Assembly: GCA_044353075.1 (NCBI GenBank)
Contig: JBILCO010000001.1
Location: forward strand, 1-41,354
Direction: 5' to 3'
DNA: 41,354 bases
Source: Burkholderiaceae bacterium
Lineage (GTDB): Bacteria > Pseudomonadota > Gammaproteobacteria > Burkholderiales > Burkholderiaceae_D
The translations under genes were made by a program, and so were the position numbers. The notes under the pieces are model-generated. The model was given only the letters and a program-made list of their open reading frames with translations. It searched no databases and was not told the origin of the DNA. Shown in pieces: positions 1-9,975 of this stretch. The first letter of the stretch is position 1; every line of letters begins with the position of its first letter.

Positions 1-872
1 CCGTAGGTGCCGGCATCGGCCTTGACGATGACGAACGGCGTTTCCTTGATACCGTATTCCTTGTACTTCTTGCGAATTTTGGCAAGCACCGTGTCGACAT
101 TCGTGGCCAGGCAATCTTCACCGGTGCGCTCATGAAAATTAATGCCAGTGCACTTGCCGAAGTAAGGATTGAGCATCCAGGGATCGATATCGATGAGCTT
201 GCAGAATTTCTTGCAGACTTCATCATAGGCCGCAAAGTGCTGGGTCTTGCGGCGTACGGCCCAGCCGGCATGCAGCGGTGGCAGCAGTGTCTGCTCATGC
301 AGGTTTTCGAGGATGGCCGGTATGCCTGACGACAAATCGTTATTGAGCAAAATGGTGCAGGGATCGAAATTCTTTAAGCCGAGACGACGACCATTGTTGA
401 TCCGCTCCAGCGGCTCCAGCGTGATGCTGCTGCCGTCGGGCAGTTCGATCGGTGTGGGCTCTTTCACCTCCTCCGACAAACTGCCCAGACGGACATTCAG
501 GCCGGTCTGACGGAAAATCTGCATCAGCCGAGCGACGTTTTGCAGATAGAAGGTATTGCGCGTGTGTCGCTCCGGAATCAGCAGCAGATTTTTTGCATCA
601 GGGCAGTACTTGTCGATGGCCGCCATGGCCGCCTGCACCGCCAGCGGCAGCATTTCGGTCGCGAGATTATTGAATCCGCCGGGGAACAGATTGGTATCGA
701 CCGGCGCGAGCTTGAAGCCGGAATTGCGCAGATCAACCGAGCAGTAAAACGGCGGCGTGTGCTCCTGCCATTCCAGACGGAACCAGCGCTCAATCGCGGG
801 GGTCGCAGCGAGGATTTTCTTCTCGAGCTCGAGCAGCGGGCCGTTCAGGGCTGTAACCAAATGGGGAACCAT
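1..872 (-). CDS. gshA: Glutamate--cysteine ligase, betaproteobacterial type (runs off the window start)
   Basis: Not in the ORF track because its stop lies outside the window. Manual translation from ATG 872 gives MVPHLVTALNGPLLELEKKIL...PPFYCSVDLRNSGFKLAPVDTNLFPGGFNNL...PFVIVKADAGTYG, the typical GshA signature. Confidence 0.93.
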   Translation of the reverse strand, partial: MVPHLVTALNGPLLELEKKILAATPAIERWFRLEWQEHTPPFYCSVDLRNSGFKLAPVDTNLFPGGFNNLATEMLPLAVQAAMAAIDKYCPDAKNLLLIPERHTRNTFYLQNVARLMQIFRQTGLNVRLGSLSEEVKEPTPIELPDGSSITLEPLERINNGRRLGLKNFDPCTILLNNDLSSGIPAILENLHEQTLLPPLHAGWAVRRKTQHFAAYDEVCKKFCKLIDIDPWMLNPYFGKCTGINFHERTGEDCLATNVDTVLAKIRKKYKEYGIKETPFVIVKADAGTY

Positions 873-1164
873 CAAAAAACCTTCCAGAGAGTCGGGTGAA
901 AACTGCGTACGGGCAGCGATGCGGTGCGGTGTGCCGCGTTACGCGTCTGTTTCGTCAGGCCGCTGGCAAAGCGCGTGCAGGCAGTTTGGCCGCCGCACAA
1001 CACAGCATCACGCCGCCGGCGAACTGGGGAAACAGGCGTCAAAGGCAGGATTTTAACGGGAATCCGCTGCCGTCACCCCGAAACGGCACGATCCATGGCG
1101 CACCGCAGCATCCGGCCGACGATGAAGCCGCGTGAAAAACAGGGGGAGACAGAGCGCGGACAAG

Positions 1165-1194
1165 AAAAAACGCCACCTCACGGCGGCGTTTTTT
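1165..1194. terminator. Intrinsic terminator, probably bidirectional, downstream of amtB
   Basis: AAAAAACGCCACC-TCAC-GGCGGCGTTTTTT: a GC stem flanked by A and T tracts. Confidence 0.85.
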
Positions 1195-1241
1195 GACAGA
1201 AAACGGACGGACTCAGCAAACTCGCCGAGCCCGCCAGCCGG

Positions 1242-2663
1242 CTACTGATGATAGGCAGTCTCGCCGTGGCTGGTGATGTCCAGACCTTCGCGCTCTTCTT
1301 CTTCGGGTACGCGCAGACCGACGATCATGTCGACCAGTTTGTACGCAATGAAGGCAACGATGGCCGAGATCACGATGGTGATGATCACGCCTTCAATCTG
1401 AATCGCCACCTGAGAAGCCACCGAAAATGCTTCCGGTGTTGCGCCACCCGTGCCACCCAGACCCGGCGCGGTGAAAACACCGGTCAGAACAGCACCCACG
1501 ATGCCGCCGATGCCGTGAACGCCGAACACGTCCAGCGAATCATCCGCACCCAGCATGCGCTTGAGCCCACTGACACCCCACAGACAGACGAAGCCGCAGA
1601 CCAAACCGATGATGATCGCACCCATCGGGCCTACCGAGCCGCAGGCGGGTGTAATGCCCACCAGACCCGCAACAGCACCCGAGGCCGCGCCCAGCATCGA
1701 CGCCTTGCCCTTGAGCAGTGCTTCACCCAGACACCACGCCAGTACCGCAGCCGCCGGCGCAACGAGTGTGTTGATGAAAGCCAGCGCTGCACCCGATGTC
1801 GCTTCAAGGTTGGAGCCGGCATTGAAGCCGAACCAGCCTACCCACAGCATGGACGCACCGACCATGGTCAGCGTGAGGCTGTGCGGCGTCATCGCTTCAC
1901 GGCCGTAACCGAGTCGCTTGCCCAGCATGTACGCGCCCACCAGACCGGCAACACCGGCGTTGATATGCACCACGGTACCGCCGGCAAAATCCAGCGCTCC
2001 TTTGCTGAGCAGATAACCACCCGCACCCCAGACCATGTGCGCAATCGGCAGATACGCAAACGTAAACCACAGCACCGAGAACAGCAGCACCGCAGAAAAC
2101 TTCATGCGCTCGGCAAAGGAACCGACGATCAGCGCGCAAGTGATGCCCGCAAACGTGGCCTGGAAAGCAATGAACACGAACTCAGGTAGTTTGACAGACG
2201 GCGTAAACGTATCAGCCAACGAGTTGGTATCCACGCCTAGCAGGAACAGCTTGGAGAGATTGCCAATAAAAGCACCTTCGCCGCCAAAGGCCAGCGAGTA
2301 GCCATAAATGGCCCACAGCACGGAGATCAGCGAGAACACCATCATCACCTGCATCAACACAGACAACATGTTTTTGCTTCGCACGAGGCCGCCATAAAAA
2401 AGCGCCAGACCCGGAATGGCCATCATGATGACCAGCAGCGTGGACACCATCATCCAGGCGACATCACCCTTCTCGACGATCGGCGCCGGCTCATCGGCTG
2501 CGGCAGCAGCAGGTTCAGCAGGTGCCTCGTCGGCCGGCGCGGCATCGGTGGCTGCCACAGCCGGTGCGGCGGCGGCAGGTTCTTCAGCGTGAGCGAAAGA
2601 GGCGAAACCCAGTCCGATCAGGAGCAGGAAAGCGCCCAACATACGAATGAAACTTGTCTTCAT
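1242..2663 (-). CDS. amtB: Ammonium transporter AmtB
   Basis: Motifs DFAGGTVVHINAG, WFGFNAGS and DDSLDVFGVHG, immediately downstream of glnK. Start reassigned to ATG 2663 (MKTSFIRM..., signal peptide followed by an Ala/Pro/acidic linker). Confidence 0.97.
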   Translation of the reverse strand: MKTSFIRMLGAFLLLIGLGFASFAHAEEPAAAAPAVAATDAAPADEAPAEPAAAAADEPAPIVEKGDVAWMMVSTLLVIMMAIPGLALFYGGLVRSKNMLSVLMQVMMVFSLISVLWAIYGYSLAFGGEGAFIGNLSKLFLLGVDTNSLADTFTPSVKLPEFVFIAFQATFAGITCALIVGSFAERMKFSAVLLFSVLWFTFAYLPIAHMVWGAGGYLLSKGALDFAGGTVVHINAGVAGLVGAYMLGKRLGYGREAMTPHSLTLTMVGASMLWVGWFGFNAGSNLEATSGAALAFINTLVAPAAAVLAWCLGEALLKGKASMLGAASGAVAGLVGITPACGSVGPMGAIIIGLVCGFVCLWGVSGLKRMLGADDSLDVFGVHGIGGIVGAVLTGVFTAPGLGGTGGATPEAFSVASQVAIQIEGVIITIVISAIVAFIAYKLVDMIVGLRVPEEEEREGLDITSHGETAYHQ

Positions 2664-2673
2664 GAGGATCCCC

Positions 2674-3021
<348 letters not shown>

Positions 3022-3029
3022 TTATGGAA

Positions 3030-3776
3030 TCAGAAGTTTTTTGTGACAGTTGCGATGAATTTCGTATTGCCTAGATATCCTCTTCCACCAAAATCGTAAG
3101 CAACCTTGTCAGCGTCGGTGCCGACTACGGCGACAGAAGCCACAATGACACCGTAGTCCTTAGTCAGCCCGACTTTCCAATCAGTGTAATCAGCTGCAGG
3201 CGAGTTTTTTACCCGCTGTTTGCCAACGTGAAGATTCAATACATAGCCATCTGCTATTTCAGGATTAACGCTAAGGTCAACATAGTTACTACCGTTGCTA
3301 TCTACAAAACCTACAAAATCAGTGAGCGCATATGAATATTTCAAAGTCGCAATGCCATAACCAATCTGAGCATAGGCTTCCGTGGTGTTGGCATTTGCAA
3401 AACCGCTGACCGTAGCCAACTTATTGCTCGGATAGTTGTAATGAATGAAACCCACATCGTAGGCGATAGCACCTGCCTCGCCCCGCTTGCCGCCGTAAAT
3501 GTCGACCTCCATATTGGCGTCGCCGCCCGAATCTTTCACCCACTTGATGGTTGAAGTCCAAGCACCGATATACAGGCCCGTCGGCGTATTCGAGTAATCA
3601 ACACCTGCAAAGACCGCCGGATCACGACGCGACTGGGAAATGCCACGAAAACGGTAATCTGAAGTGGCGCCCACATTGAAAGCCACCTCGTGATCGGACT
3701 TCGCAGCCTCTTCCGCTTGCGCAAAGCTGCCAACAAACGCTGCCGAAATAGCGCTGGCAAGAATCAGTTTTTTCAT
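3030..3776 (-). CDS. TorF family putative porin (TIGR02001-like)
   Basis: Start at ATG 3776 (MKKLILASA..., signal peptide), SDYRFRGISQ motif, C-terminal Phe, and the usual position upstream of glnK-amtB. Confidence 0.88.
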   Translation of the reverse strand: MKKLILASAISAAFVGSFAQAEEAAKSDHEVAFNVGATSDYRFRGISQSRRDPAVFAGVDYSNTPTGLYIGAWTSTIKWVKDSGGDANMEVDIYGGKRGEAGAIAYDVGFIHYNYPSNKLATVSGFANANTTEAYAQIGYGIATLKYSYALTDFVGFVDSNGSNYVDLSVNPEIADGYVLNLHVGKQRVKNSPAADYTDWKVGLTKDYGVIVASVAVVGTDADKVAYDFGGRGYLGNTKFIATVTKNF

Positions 3777-3847
3777 GGGATTTCCTTTTGATTTTGAAAG
3801 TGAATAAATAGCCGGCGAACACAGTCCTTGTTTGCTGAAGGGAACTG

Positions 3848-3864
3848 AGCAGGATGTGTGCCAG
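3848..3864 (-). promoter_or_regulatory. Sigma-54 (-24/-12) promoter of the porin-glnK-amtB operon
   Basis: Minus strand reads CTGGCACACATCCTGCT, i.e. GG-N10-GC, about 70 nt upstream of the start codon. Confidence 0.85.
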
Positions 3865-3947
3865 CTCTTTAAGCAGGAATTACTTGTCATTTCGGTCAAA
3901 TCCGATAGGATCTGGCCTTGTTCTAACCCGCTTGACCCCCTTGGTCA

Positions 3948-3983
3948 CGCACCACCAGAGCGCGCGTGCTTCAAAATGGTGCG
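3948..3983. promoter_or_regulatory. Two tandem NtrC-like binding sites
   Basis: CGCACCACCAGAGCGCG (3948-3964) and TGCTTCAAAATGGTGCG (3967-3983) resemble TGCACCA-N3-TGGTGCA and lie about 85-120 bp upstream of the sigma-54 site. Confidence 0.7.
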
Positions 3984-4001
3984 ACTTATCCTATCAAAGC
4001 C

Positions 4002-4244
4002 ATGACGACACCCCTGAGTTTTCTTTCCGAGCTGCAGTCACGCATCACCGAAGTACTGCAGCAATCTCCGGCCAAAGATCTGGAGAAAAACATGAAGGCC
4101 ATGCTCAATCAGGGCTTTTCCCGGCTGGACTTGCTGACCCGGGAGGAATTCGACGTGCAAGCCGAGGTACTGGCCCGCACCCGTGCCCGACTGGAAGCGC
4201 TGGAAGCGCGCGTGGCCGAACTGGAATCGCGGCAAAAGCCCTGA
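4002..4244 (+). CDS. ubiK: Ubiquinone biosynthesis accessory factor UbiK (YqiC/BMFP family)
   Basis: 80 aa containing LDLLTREEFDVQAEVLARTRARLEALEARVAELE coiled coil, divergent from the glnK operon. Confidence 0.88.
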   Translation: MTTPLSFLSELQSRITEVLQQSPAKDLEKNMKAMLNQGFSRLDLLTREEFDVQAEVLARTRARLEALEARVAELESRQKP

Positions 4245-4254
4245 CCCGCACACT

Positions 4255-5781
4255 GTGGGTCTGGCCGTATTAAGAAGCCGGGCGCTGGCCGGGATGGAAG
4301 CGCCAGCGGTGACCGTGGAAGTGCATCTGGCCAATGGCCTGCCGGCCTTCACCATCGTCGGGCTGGCTGATACCGAAGTGCGCGAGTCGCGCGATCGCGT
4401 GCGGGCGGCCTTGCACAATGCGGGCTTTGATTTTCCGCCCGGCCATCTCACGGTTAATCTCGCACCGGCTGACTTGCCCAAGGAATCCGGCCGCTTTGAT
4501 TTGCCGATCGCGCTGGGCATTCTGGCCGCCTCCGGCCAGATCCCTGCGACTGAGCTGGATGATTATGAATTTGCGGGCGAGCTGTCGCTCTCGGGCGAAT
4601 TACGGCCGATACGCGCGGCGCTGGCCATGACCTTCGCGATGCACCGACAGGCGGATGGACGCCATCGCGCCTTCATCCTGCCGCGCGCCAATGCAGCGGA
4701 AGCTGCGCTGGTGCCCGATGCACGTGTCTATCCGGCGGACTCGCTGCTGCAGGTCTGTGCGCATTTCGCAGCAGTTGATGCCAGTGCGCGACTGATACCC
4801 GCACGCACTGCGCCAGACACTGTCGCTATGAATAGCACGCCGGACTTTGCCGATGTGCGCGGCCAGTTGCAAGCCCGACGGGCGATGGAAATTGCGGCGG
4901 CCGGTGGTCATAGTGTGCTGATGGTGGGTCCGCCGGGTAGCGGCAAGTCGATGCTGGCCGCGCGTCTGCCCGGTATCTTGCCGCCGATGAGCGACGCCGA
5001 GGCACTGGAAACCGCCGCGGTGCAATCACTGGCCGGTAATTTTGCAATGAGCCGCTGGCGACAAAGGCCTTACCGCTCGCCGCATCACACCGCGTCCGGC
5101 ATTGCGTTGGTCGGGGGCAGCAGCGTGCCTCGTCCGGGCGAGATCTCGCTGGCCAATCACGGCGTACTCTTTCTGGATGAATTACCCGAGTTTGACCGCA
5201 AGGTACTCGAGGTCTTGCGCGAGCCGCTGGAGTCCGGCCACATCACCATTTCACGTGCGGCACGACAGGCGGAATTTCCCTGTCGTTTTCAATTGATCGC
5301 TGCCATGAATCCCTGCCCTTGCGGTTATCTCGGCGATACGACACGCGCTTGTCGCTGCACGCCCGATGGCATTGCGCGATATCAGGGGAAAATTTCCGGA
5401 CCACTGGCGGACCGGATCGATATGCAGCTCCAGGTCGCTGCACTCAAGACCAGCGAGTTGCTGAGTACCGAACCCGGTGAAGCGTCGGCCGTGATTGCCC
5501 AACGCGTAGCCCGCGCGCGCGCGCGGCAGCGGGCACGACAGCAAAAAGCCAATGCGCTACTCAGCGTGCAGGAAGTCGGGCAATGGTGTCAGGCCGACGA
5601 AGCGGCCGAAGCCTTGTTACGCACGGCCATCGACCGGTTGCACTGGTCTGCACGCGCTTATCATCGCGTGCTCCGGCTGGCGCGCACCATTGCAGACCTC
5701 GCCAGTGCACCGACTATCGATGCAAGCCATATCTCTGAAGCCATTCAGTATCGTCGCGCGCTGAGCGCGAGTCCCTCTTGA
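4255..5781 (+). CDS. comM: ComM/YifB Mg-chelatase-like AAA+ ATPase
   Basis: VGLADTEVRESRDRV, NLAPADLPKESGRFDLPIA, Walker A GPPGSGKS, PHHTAS, LFLDELPEF and NPCPCG. Probable GTG start at 4255. Confidence 0.93.
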   Translation: MGLAVLRSRALAGMEAPAVTVEVHLANGLPAFTIVGLADTEVRESRDRVRAALHNAGFDFPPGHLTVNLAPADLPKESGRFDLPIALGILAASGQIPATELDDYEFAGELSLSGELRPIRAALAMTFAMHRQADGRHRAFILPRANAAEAALVPDARVYPADSLLQVCAHFAAVDASARLIPARTAPDTVAMNSTPDFADVRGQLQARRAMEIAAAGGHSVLMVGPPGSGKSMLAARLPGILPPMSDAEALETAAVQSLAGNFAMSRWRQRPYRSPHHTASGIALVGGSSVPRPGEISLANHGVLFLDELPEFDRKVLEVLREPLESGHITISRAARQAEFPCRFQLIAAMNPCPCGYLGDTTRACRCTPDGIARYQGKISGPLADRIDMQLQVAALKTSELLSTEPGEASAVIAQRVARARARQRARQQKANALLSVQEVGQWCQADEAAEALLRTAIDRLHWSARAYHRVLRLARTIADLASAPTIDASHISEAIQYRRALSASPS

Positions 5782-5810
5782 AGTATGACCCTGCTGTTAC
5801 CATTCGATCG

Positions 5811-6380
5811 ATGAACCGACTATCTCTTCTTTCACGACACTTCCTGCACGCCCGACAAACCCATGCTGTAGCGGCAGGCGCAATCTGTCTGCTGGTATTA
5901 ATGCTGGCCGGATGCAATCCTGCACTGAACTGGCGTGAAGTCCGCAGCAGTGATGGAAGCTACACCGTGCTGTTGCCTGCCAAACCGACGTCCTTTGAAC
6001 GCTCGGTCGATCTCGATGGCTTGCGGGTCATGATGAACATGACGGCAGCGGAGGCCAATGGTGTGAGCTTTGCCGTCGCCACCGCGGTGGTGGCCGATGG
6101 ATCGCAGCGGTCGAGCGCATTGATGGCGATGCAAACGGCGATGACGCGCAATATTCAGGGCAAAATCACCGAGCAGAAAACAATCACGCTGAAGAACGGA
6201 GCCAGCGTGATTCAGATTCGCGCAACCGGCAAAGCCGCCCGCAAAGGCGAACCACTGGTGCTGTTTGCACGCTTTCTGATGCACGAGACACGGGTGTTTC
6301 AGGTCATTGCGCTGGGCCCGGAAGACAAGCTCGACGCCGAGACAGCAGATACCTTTCTGAATTCTTTTTCACTCCATTGA
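5811..6380 (+). CDS. Putative lipoprotein of unknown function
   Basis: Hydrophobic segment with lipobox LAGC followed by NPALNWREVR. ATG 5811 preferred over TTG 5778. Confidence 0.7.
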   Translation: MNRLSLLSRHFLHARQTHAVAAGAICLLVLMLAGCNPALNWREVRSSDGSYTVLLPAKPTSFERSVDLDGLRVMMNMTAAEANGVSFAVATAVVADGSQRSSALMAMQTAMTRNIQGKITEQKTITLKNGASVIQIRATGKAARKGEPLVLFARFLMHETRVFQVIALGPEDKLDAETADTFLNSFSLH

Positions 6381-6381
6381 T

Positions 6382-7662
6382 ATGAGCGACCCCGTTTACC
6401 TGCAGGGCAGGCTGGGCATGCGCGTGGTGATTGTTTTCGCTGCCGCGTACTTTCTGTCCTATGCTTTTCGTGCAATCAATGCGGTGATTGCACCCGCGCT
6501 AACGGCTGATCTGCAGTTGTCGAATGCGGATCTGGGTTTGCTGTCGTCGGCTTATTTTGTGGGTTTCGCCTGCCTGCAATTGCCACTGGGGGTGTGGCTG
6601 GACAAATACGGCCCGCGCCGTACGGAATCTGCGCTGCTGGTTTTCGCCGCGCTAGGCGCTGCGATCTTTGCCTCCAGCAGCACGCTCACGGGTTTGTGGG
6701 TGGGTCGCGCGCTGATCGGAATCGGCGTGTCTGCCTGTCTGATGGCCCCGCTCAAAGCCTATCGGGTCTGGTATCCCCCCGAGCGACAGAGTCAGCTGGC
6801 CAGCTGGATGCTGGTGTTCGGCACGTGCGGCGCGCTGGCAACAACCGTGCCGGTGGCCATGCTGCTGCCCCTGATCGGCTGGCGCGGTGTGTTCTGGGCA
6901 ATGGCGGCGCTCATCGTTGTCGCCGCTGCGCTGGTTTTCTTCCGCGTCCGGCCGGTGGAACGGTCGATGGCGCAGCAGCAATCCGAGATGAGCCTCACGC
7001 CCGAGGCGCCCGGTGGCTACAAAGCGATTTTTACGGATCCCTACTTCCGCCGGATGGCCTGGCTGGGCGGTGTGTACCAGGGCGGATTCATGGCTATACA
7101 AACCTTGTGGGCCGGACCCTGGATGGTCAATGTGCTCGGGCTCTCGGTCGAAGAGGCATCGCAGGTCTTGTTTCTCTTCAATTTATTCCTGATGCTGTCC
7201 TACATCGCCTTGTCATGGTGGGCCCCACGTCATGTCGCCTATGGCAACCGGCCGGGCCTGCCCGCCTTGCGGGTAGTGACGATTGGTCTGGCGCTGTCGA
7301 TGCTGATACAGCTGGCCATGCTGCTCTTTCCCTACCGATGGGCCTGGATATTCTGGGTGTTGTTCGCGCTGGTGGTAACCGTCACAACGCTGGCACAAAC
7401 CCATGTGAGTCTGTCTTTTGCTTCCTCGCAGGCAGGGCGCGCTAACAGCGCGTTCAATCTGACCCTGTTCATCGGTGCCTTTGGTTTGCAGTGGGGCATG
7501 GGCTTGCTGATTGATGTCTTCGTCTCGCATGGCTGGTCACAGTCGTCGGCCATGCGAATGGCCTGGGCTGTCTATCTGCTGATTCAGCTGGGCGCGCTGG
7601 TATCGTTCATCGGATCCCGATCTCGGGTCGCGCCGTTTGCCGAAAAACCCGCGGCACCCTGA
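6382..7662 (+). CDS. MFS transporter
   Basis: About 12 hydrophobic segments and MFS motif A GVWLDKYGPRR. Confidence 0.9.
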   Translation: MSDPVYLQGRLGMRVVIVFAAAYFLSYAFRAINAVIAPALTADLQLSNADLGLLSSAYFVGFACLQLPLGVWLDKYGPRRTESALLVFAALGAAIFASSSTLTGLWVGRALIGIGVSACLMAPLKAYRVWYPPERQSQLASWMLVFGTCGALATTVPVAMLLPLIGWRGVFWAMAALIVVAAALVFFRVRPVERSMAQQQSEMSLTPEAPGGYKAIFTDPYFRRMAWLGGVYQGGFMAIQTLWAGPWMVNVLGLSVEEASQVLFLFNLFLMLSYIALSWWAPRHVAYGNRPGLPALRVVTIGLALSMLIQLAMLLFPYRWAWIFWVLFALVVTVTTLAQTHVSLSFASSQAGRANSAFNLTLFIGAFGLQWGMGLLIDVFVSHGWSQSSAMRMAWAVYLLIQLGALVSFIGSRSRVAPFAEKPAAP

Positions 7663-7729
7663 TTGAAGGCCAGCGCATCGCAAGCATCGTGCTAGTGTTG
7701 ACGCATTACTGTCAAAGGATACTTCCATC

Positions 7730-8065
7730 ATGTTAATCACATTCACTTCCAAATCAGCCGCCGACGTGCTGATGTATGAAACGCATGCGAAGCCACTTTT
7801 GGATTTGCTGGGCAAGGACACGCAACGCGGTGTCATCACGGCCGAGGAAACAGCCGATGCCATCGCACGTATCGAGTCGGCGATTGCTGCGAGCAAACAA
7901 GCCCCAGGCTCGACGCCTCATGGCCCTGTATCCGATACATCCGCGGATGACGAGGACAACACGCCGGCAGAGCGCGGCGTGAGCTTCGCAGCGCGCGCCT
8001 TCCCGCTGCTGGAAATGTTGCGTGCTGCCCAACGGCAGCAGCAATTCGTGATGTGGGGCGTTTGA
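7730..8065 (+). CDS. DUF1840 family protein
   Basis: MLITFTSKSAADVLM...VSFAARAFPLLEMLRAA...VMWGV matches the family pattern. Confidence 0.8.
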   Translation: MLITFTSKSAADVLMYETHAKPLLDLLGKDTQRGVITAEETADAIARIESAIAASKQAPGSTPHGPVSDTSADDEDNTPAERGVSFAARAFPLLEMLRAAQRQQQFVMWGV

Positions 8066-9358
8066 TTGAAATTACCCCAGGAATCGCTGGCCTTTGCGCT
8101 GACCGGTGCCGCAAAAGCACTGGCACGAGTTGATGCGGGCAATGCGCTGCCGCGCGCATTGTCACTGACGTTTGAAGCGATGCGCGCCACGGGCGCTGCA
8201 CGCGGTGCGATTCAGGATCTCAGTTATCGCAGTATGCGTCACTGGGGCAGGGGTCGCGCTCTGCTGGCGCTGCTGGCCGACAAACCCGTTGAACAAGCCG
8301 AGCTTCGCAGTCTGCTCTGCTGCGCTCTGGCACTGCTGTCGGAAAACGAACCGGCTTACAGCGAACACACGCTGGTGGATCAGGCGGTGACTGCCTGCGG
8401 CGCTGATCGTGAACTGGGCAAAGCCAAAGGACTGGTGAATGCGGTGTTGCGGCGCTACACGCGCGAGCGCGATCGATTGCTGCAGCAATTGCAAAACGAT
8501 CTGACCGCACAGTGGAACTATCCGCTCTGGTGGATAGCGAAGGCGCAGAAGGCATGGCCTGCGCAGTGGGAATCCCTGCTGGCCGCGGGCAATGCGCAAG
8601 CACCACTGACACTACGGGTCAATCGTCGCAAGACAAATCTGACGGACTATCTGGCGCTGCTCACATCACAGGGCATGGCAGGTGATGTGATCGGCCCTTC
8701 GGCAGTGCGGTTGAAACGTCCGATGCCCGTCCTAGAGATACCGGGTTTTGCGCAAGGACTGGTCTCGGTGCAGGACGCCGGCGCGCAAATGGCCGCCCCG
8801 CTGCTGGATGCAACATCCGGCATGCGGGTATTGGATGCCTGTGCCGCGCCCGGCGGCAAAAGCGGACACCTGCTGGAGCTGGCGGATATCGATCTGACGG
8901 CGATCGATCAGGATGCCGAGCGACTCGAACGCGTGGCGCAAAATCTTGAGCGACTGGATTTATCGGCCACCTTGCAGTGTGCCGATGCCAGCCAGCGTGA
9001 TTGGTGGGATGGTCGCTTGTTTGATCGCATCCTCGCGGACGTGCCGTGTACCGCGTCGGGCATCGTCAGGCGTCATCCGGACATTCGCTGGTTGCGCAGG
9101 CCGGAAGATTCGCAACAGCTTGCTGCGCACTCGGCTGCCATACTCGACAACCTGTGGAGCATGCTGCAATCCGGCGGGACACTGTTGCTGGTGACCTGCT
9201 CGATATGGCCAGAGGAATCTGCGGGACAGGCGAGGCGCATGACGGAACGTCATCAGGCCATCGCACTGGCCTCGGCGGGACAACTGCTGCCTGCGGCAGA
9301 GAGCGGCCGGGACCATGACGGACTGTTCTACGCGCTACTCCAAAAGCCCTCAGTTTGA
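8066..9358 (+). CDS. rsmB: 16S rRNA (cytosine-967-C5)-methyltransferase RsmB
   Basis: NusB-like N-terminus (LVNAVLRR), SVQDAGAQ, VLDACAAPGGKS, ADVPCTASG, RRHPDIRW and VTCSI. Confidence 0.95.
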   Translation: MKLPQESLAFALTGAAKALARVDAGNALPRALSLTFEAMRATGAARGAIQDLSYRSMRHWGRGRALLALLADKPVEQAELRSLLCCALALLSENEPAYSEHTLVDQAVTACGADRELGKAKGLVNAVLRRYTRERDRLLQQLQNDLTAQWNYPLWWIAKAQKAWPAQWESLLAAGNAQAPLTLRVNRRKTNLTDYLALLTSQGMAGDVIGPSAVRLKRPMPVLEIPGFAQGLVSVQDAGAQMAAPLLDATSGMRVLDACAAPGGKSGHLLELADIDLTAIDQDAERLERVAQNLERLDLSATLQCADASQRDWWDGRLFDRILADVPCTASGIVRRHPDIRWLRRPEDSQQLAAHSAAILDNLWSMLQSGGTLLLVTCSIWPEESAGQARRMTERHQAIALASAGQLLPAAESGRDHDGLFYALLQKPSV

Positions 9359-9975
9359 TACCATCTCATCAAATTTTTCTGTGGGGCATCGCTCCGCTTG
9401 CCTCTGTGATTCGTCGATTCTTACTTAATTTTTGCCTAACATCGCTGGTGATGCTGTCACCGGTGAAGGCGTTGGCGGGTGAAGGCATTGAGTTCATCGA
9501 TGCCAACATCGAAGCCAGCGATGAAGGTTATCGGCTGGCCTCGAGCTTTTCGGTCGAGCTGTCACGCACCCTCGAAGAAGCGCTGATGCGCGGCGTGCCC
9601 TTGTATTTCACGCTGCAGGTGCAGGTGTCGCGGCCGCGCTGGTACTGGTTTGATGAAGTGGCCATCAAATCGACCCGTACTTTCAGGCTCTCCTACAATT
9701 TGCTCACTGAACGATATCGCGCGTCGATTGACGGCAATCTTCACCGCAATTTCTCTCGTCTGGATGACATGCTGGCGCTGCTGCGCCGACCCGGCCGATG
9801 GGTGATTGCCGACAATAACGCACTCCAGCGCGATGCGGTCTACAACGTCTCGGTTCAGTTCGGGCTCGATATCGGGCAACTGCCCAAGCCCATTCAGGTC
9901 AGTGCGTTCAGCAATAATGAATGGCGACTGTCGTCAGGCTGGTCACAGTTTAACTACAAGGCTGAGAGCAAGTGA
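9355..9975 (+). CDS. DUF4390 family periplasmic protein
   Basis: RGVPLYF, RPRWYWFDE and LPKPIQV motifs, in the usual position between rsmB and ntrY. Start is uncertain. Confidence 0.82.
   Translation: MIPSHQIFLWGIAPLASVIRRFLLNFCLTSLVMLSPVKALAGEGIEFIDANIEASDEGYRLASSFSVELSRTLEEALMRGVPLYFTLQVQVSRPRWYWFDEVAIKSTRTFRLSYNLLTERYRASIDGNLHRNFSRLDDMLALLRRPGRWVIADNNALQRDAVYNVSVQFGLDIGQLPKPIQVSAFSNNEWRLSSGWSQFNYKAESK

Noticed and set aside
1248-2189. 313-aa ORF antisense to amtB
   Set aside because: Shadow ORF produced by GC-rich codon bias, with no recognisable motifs.
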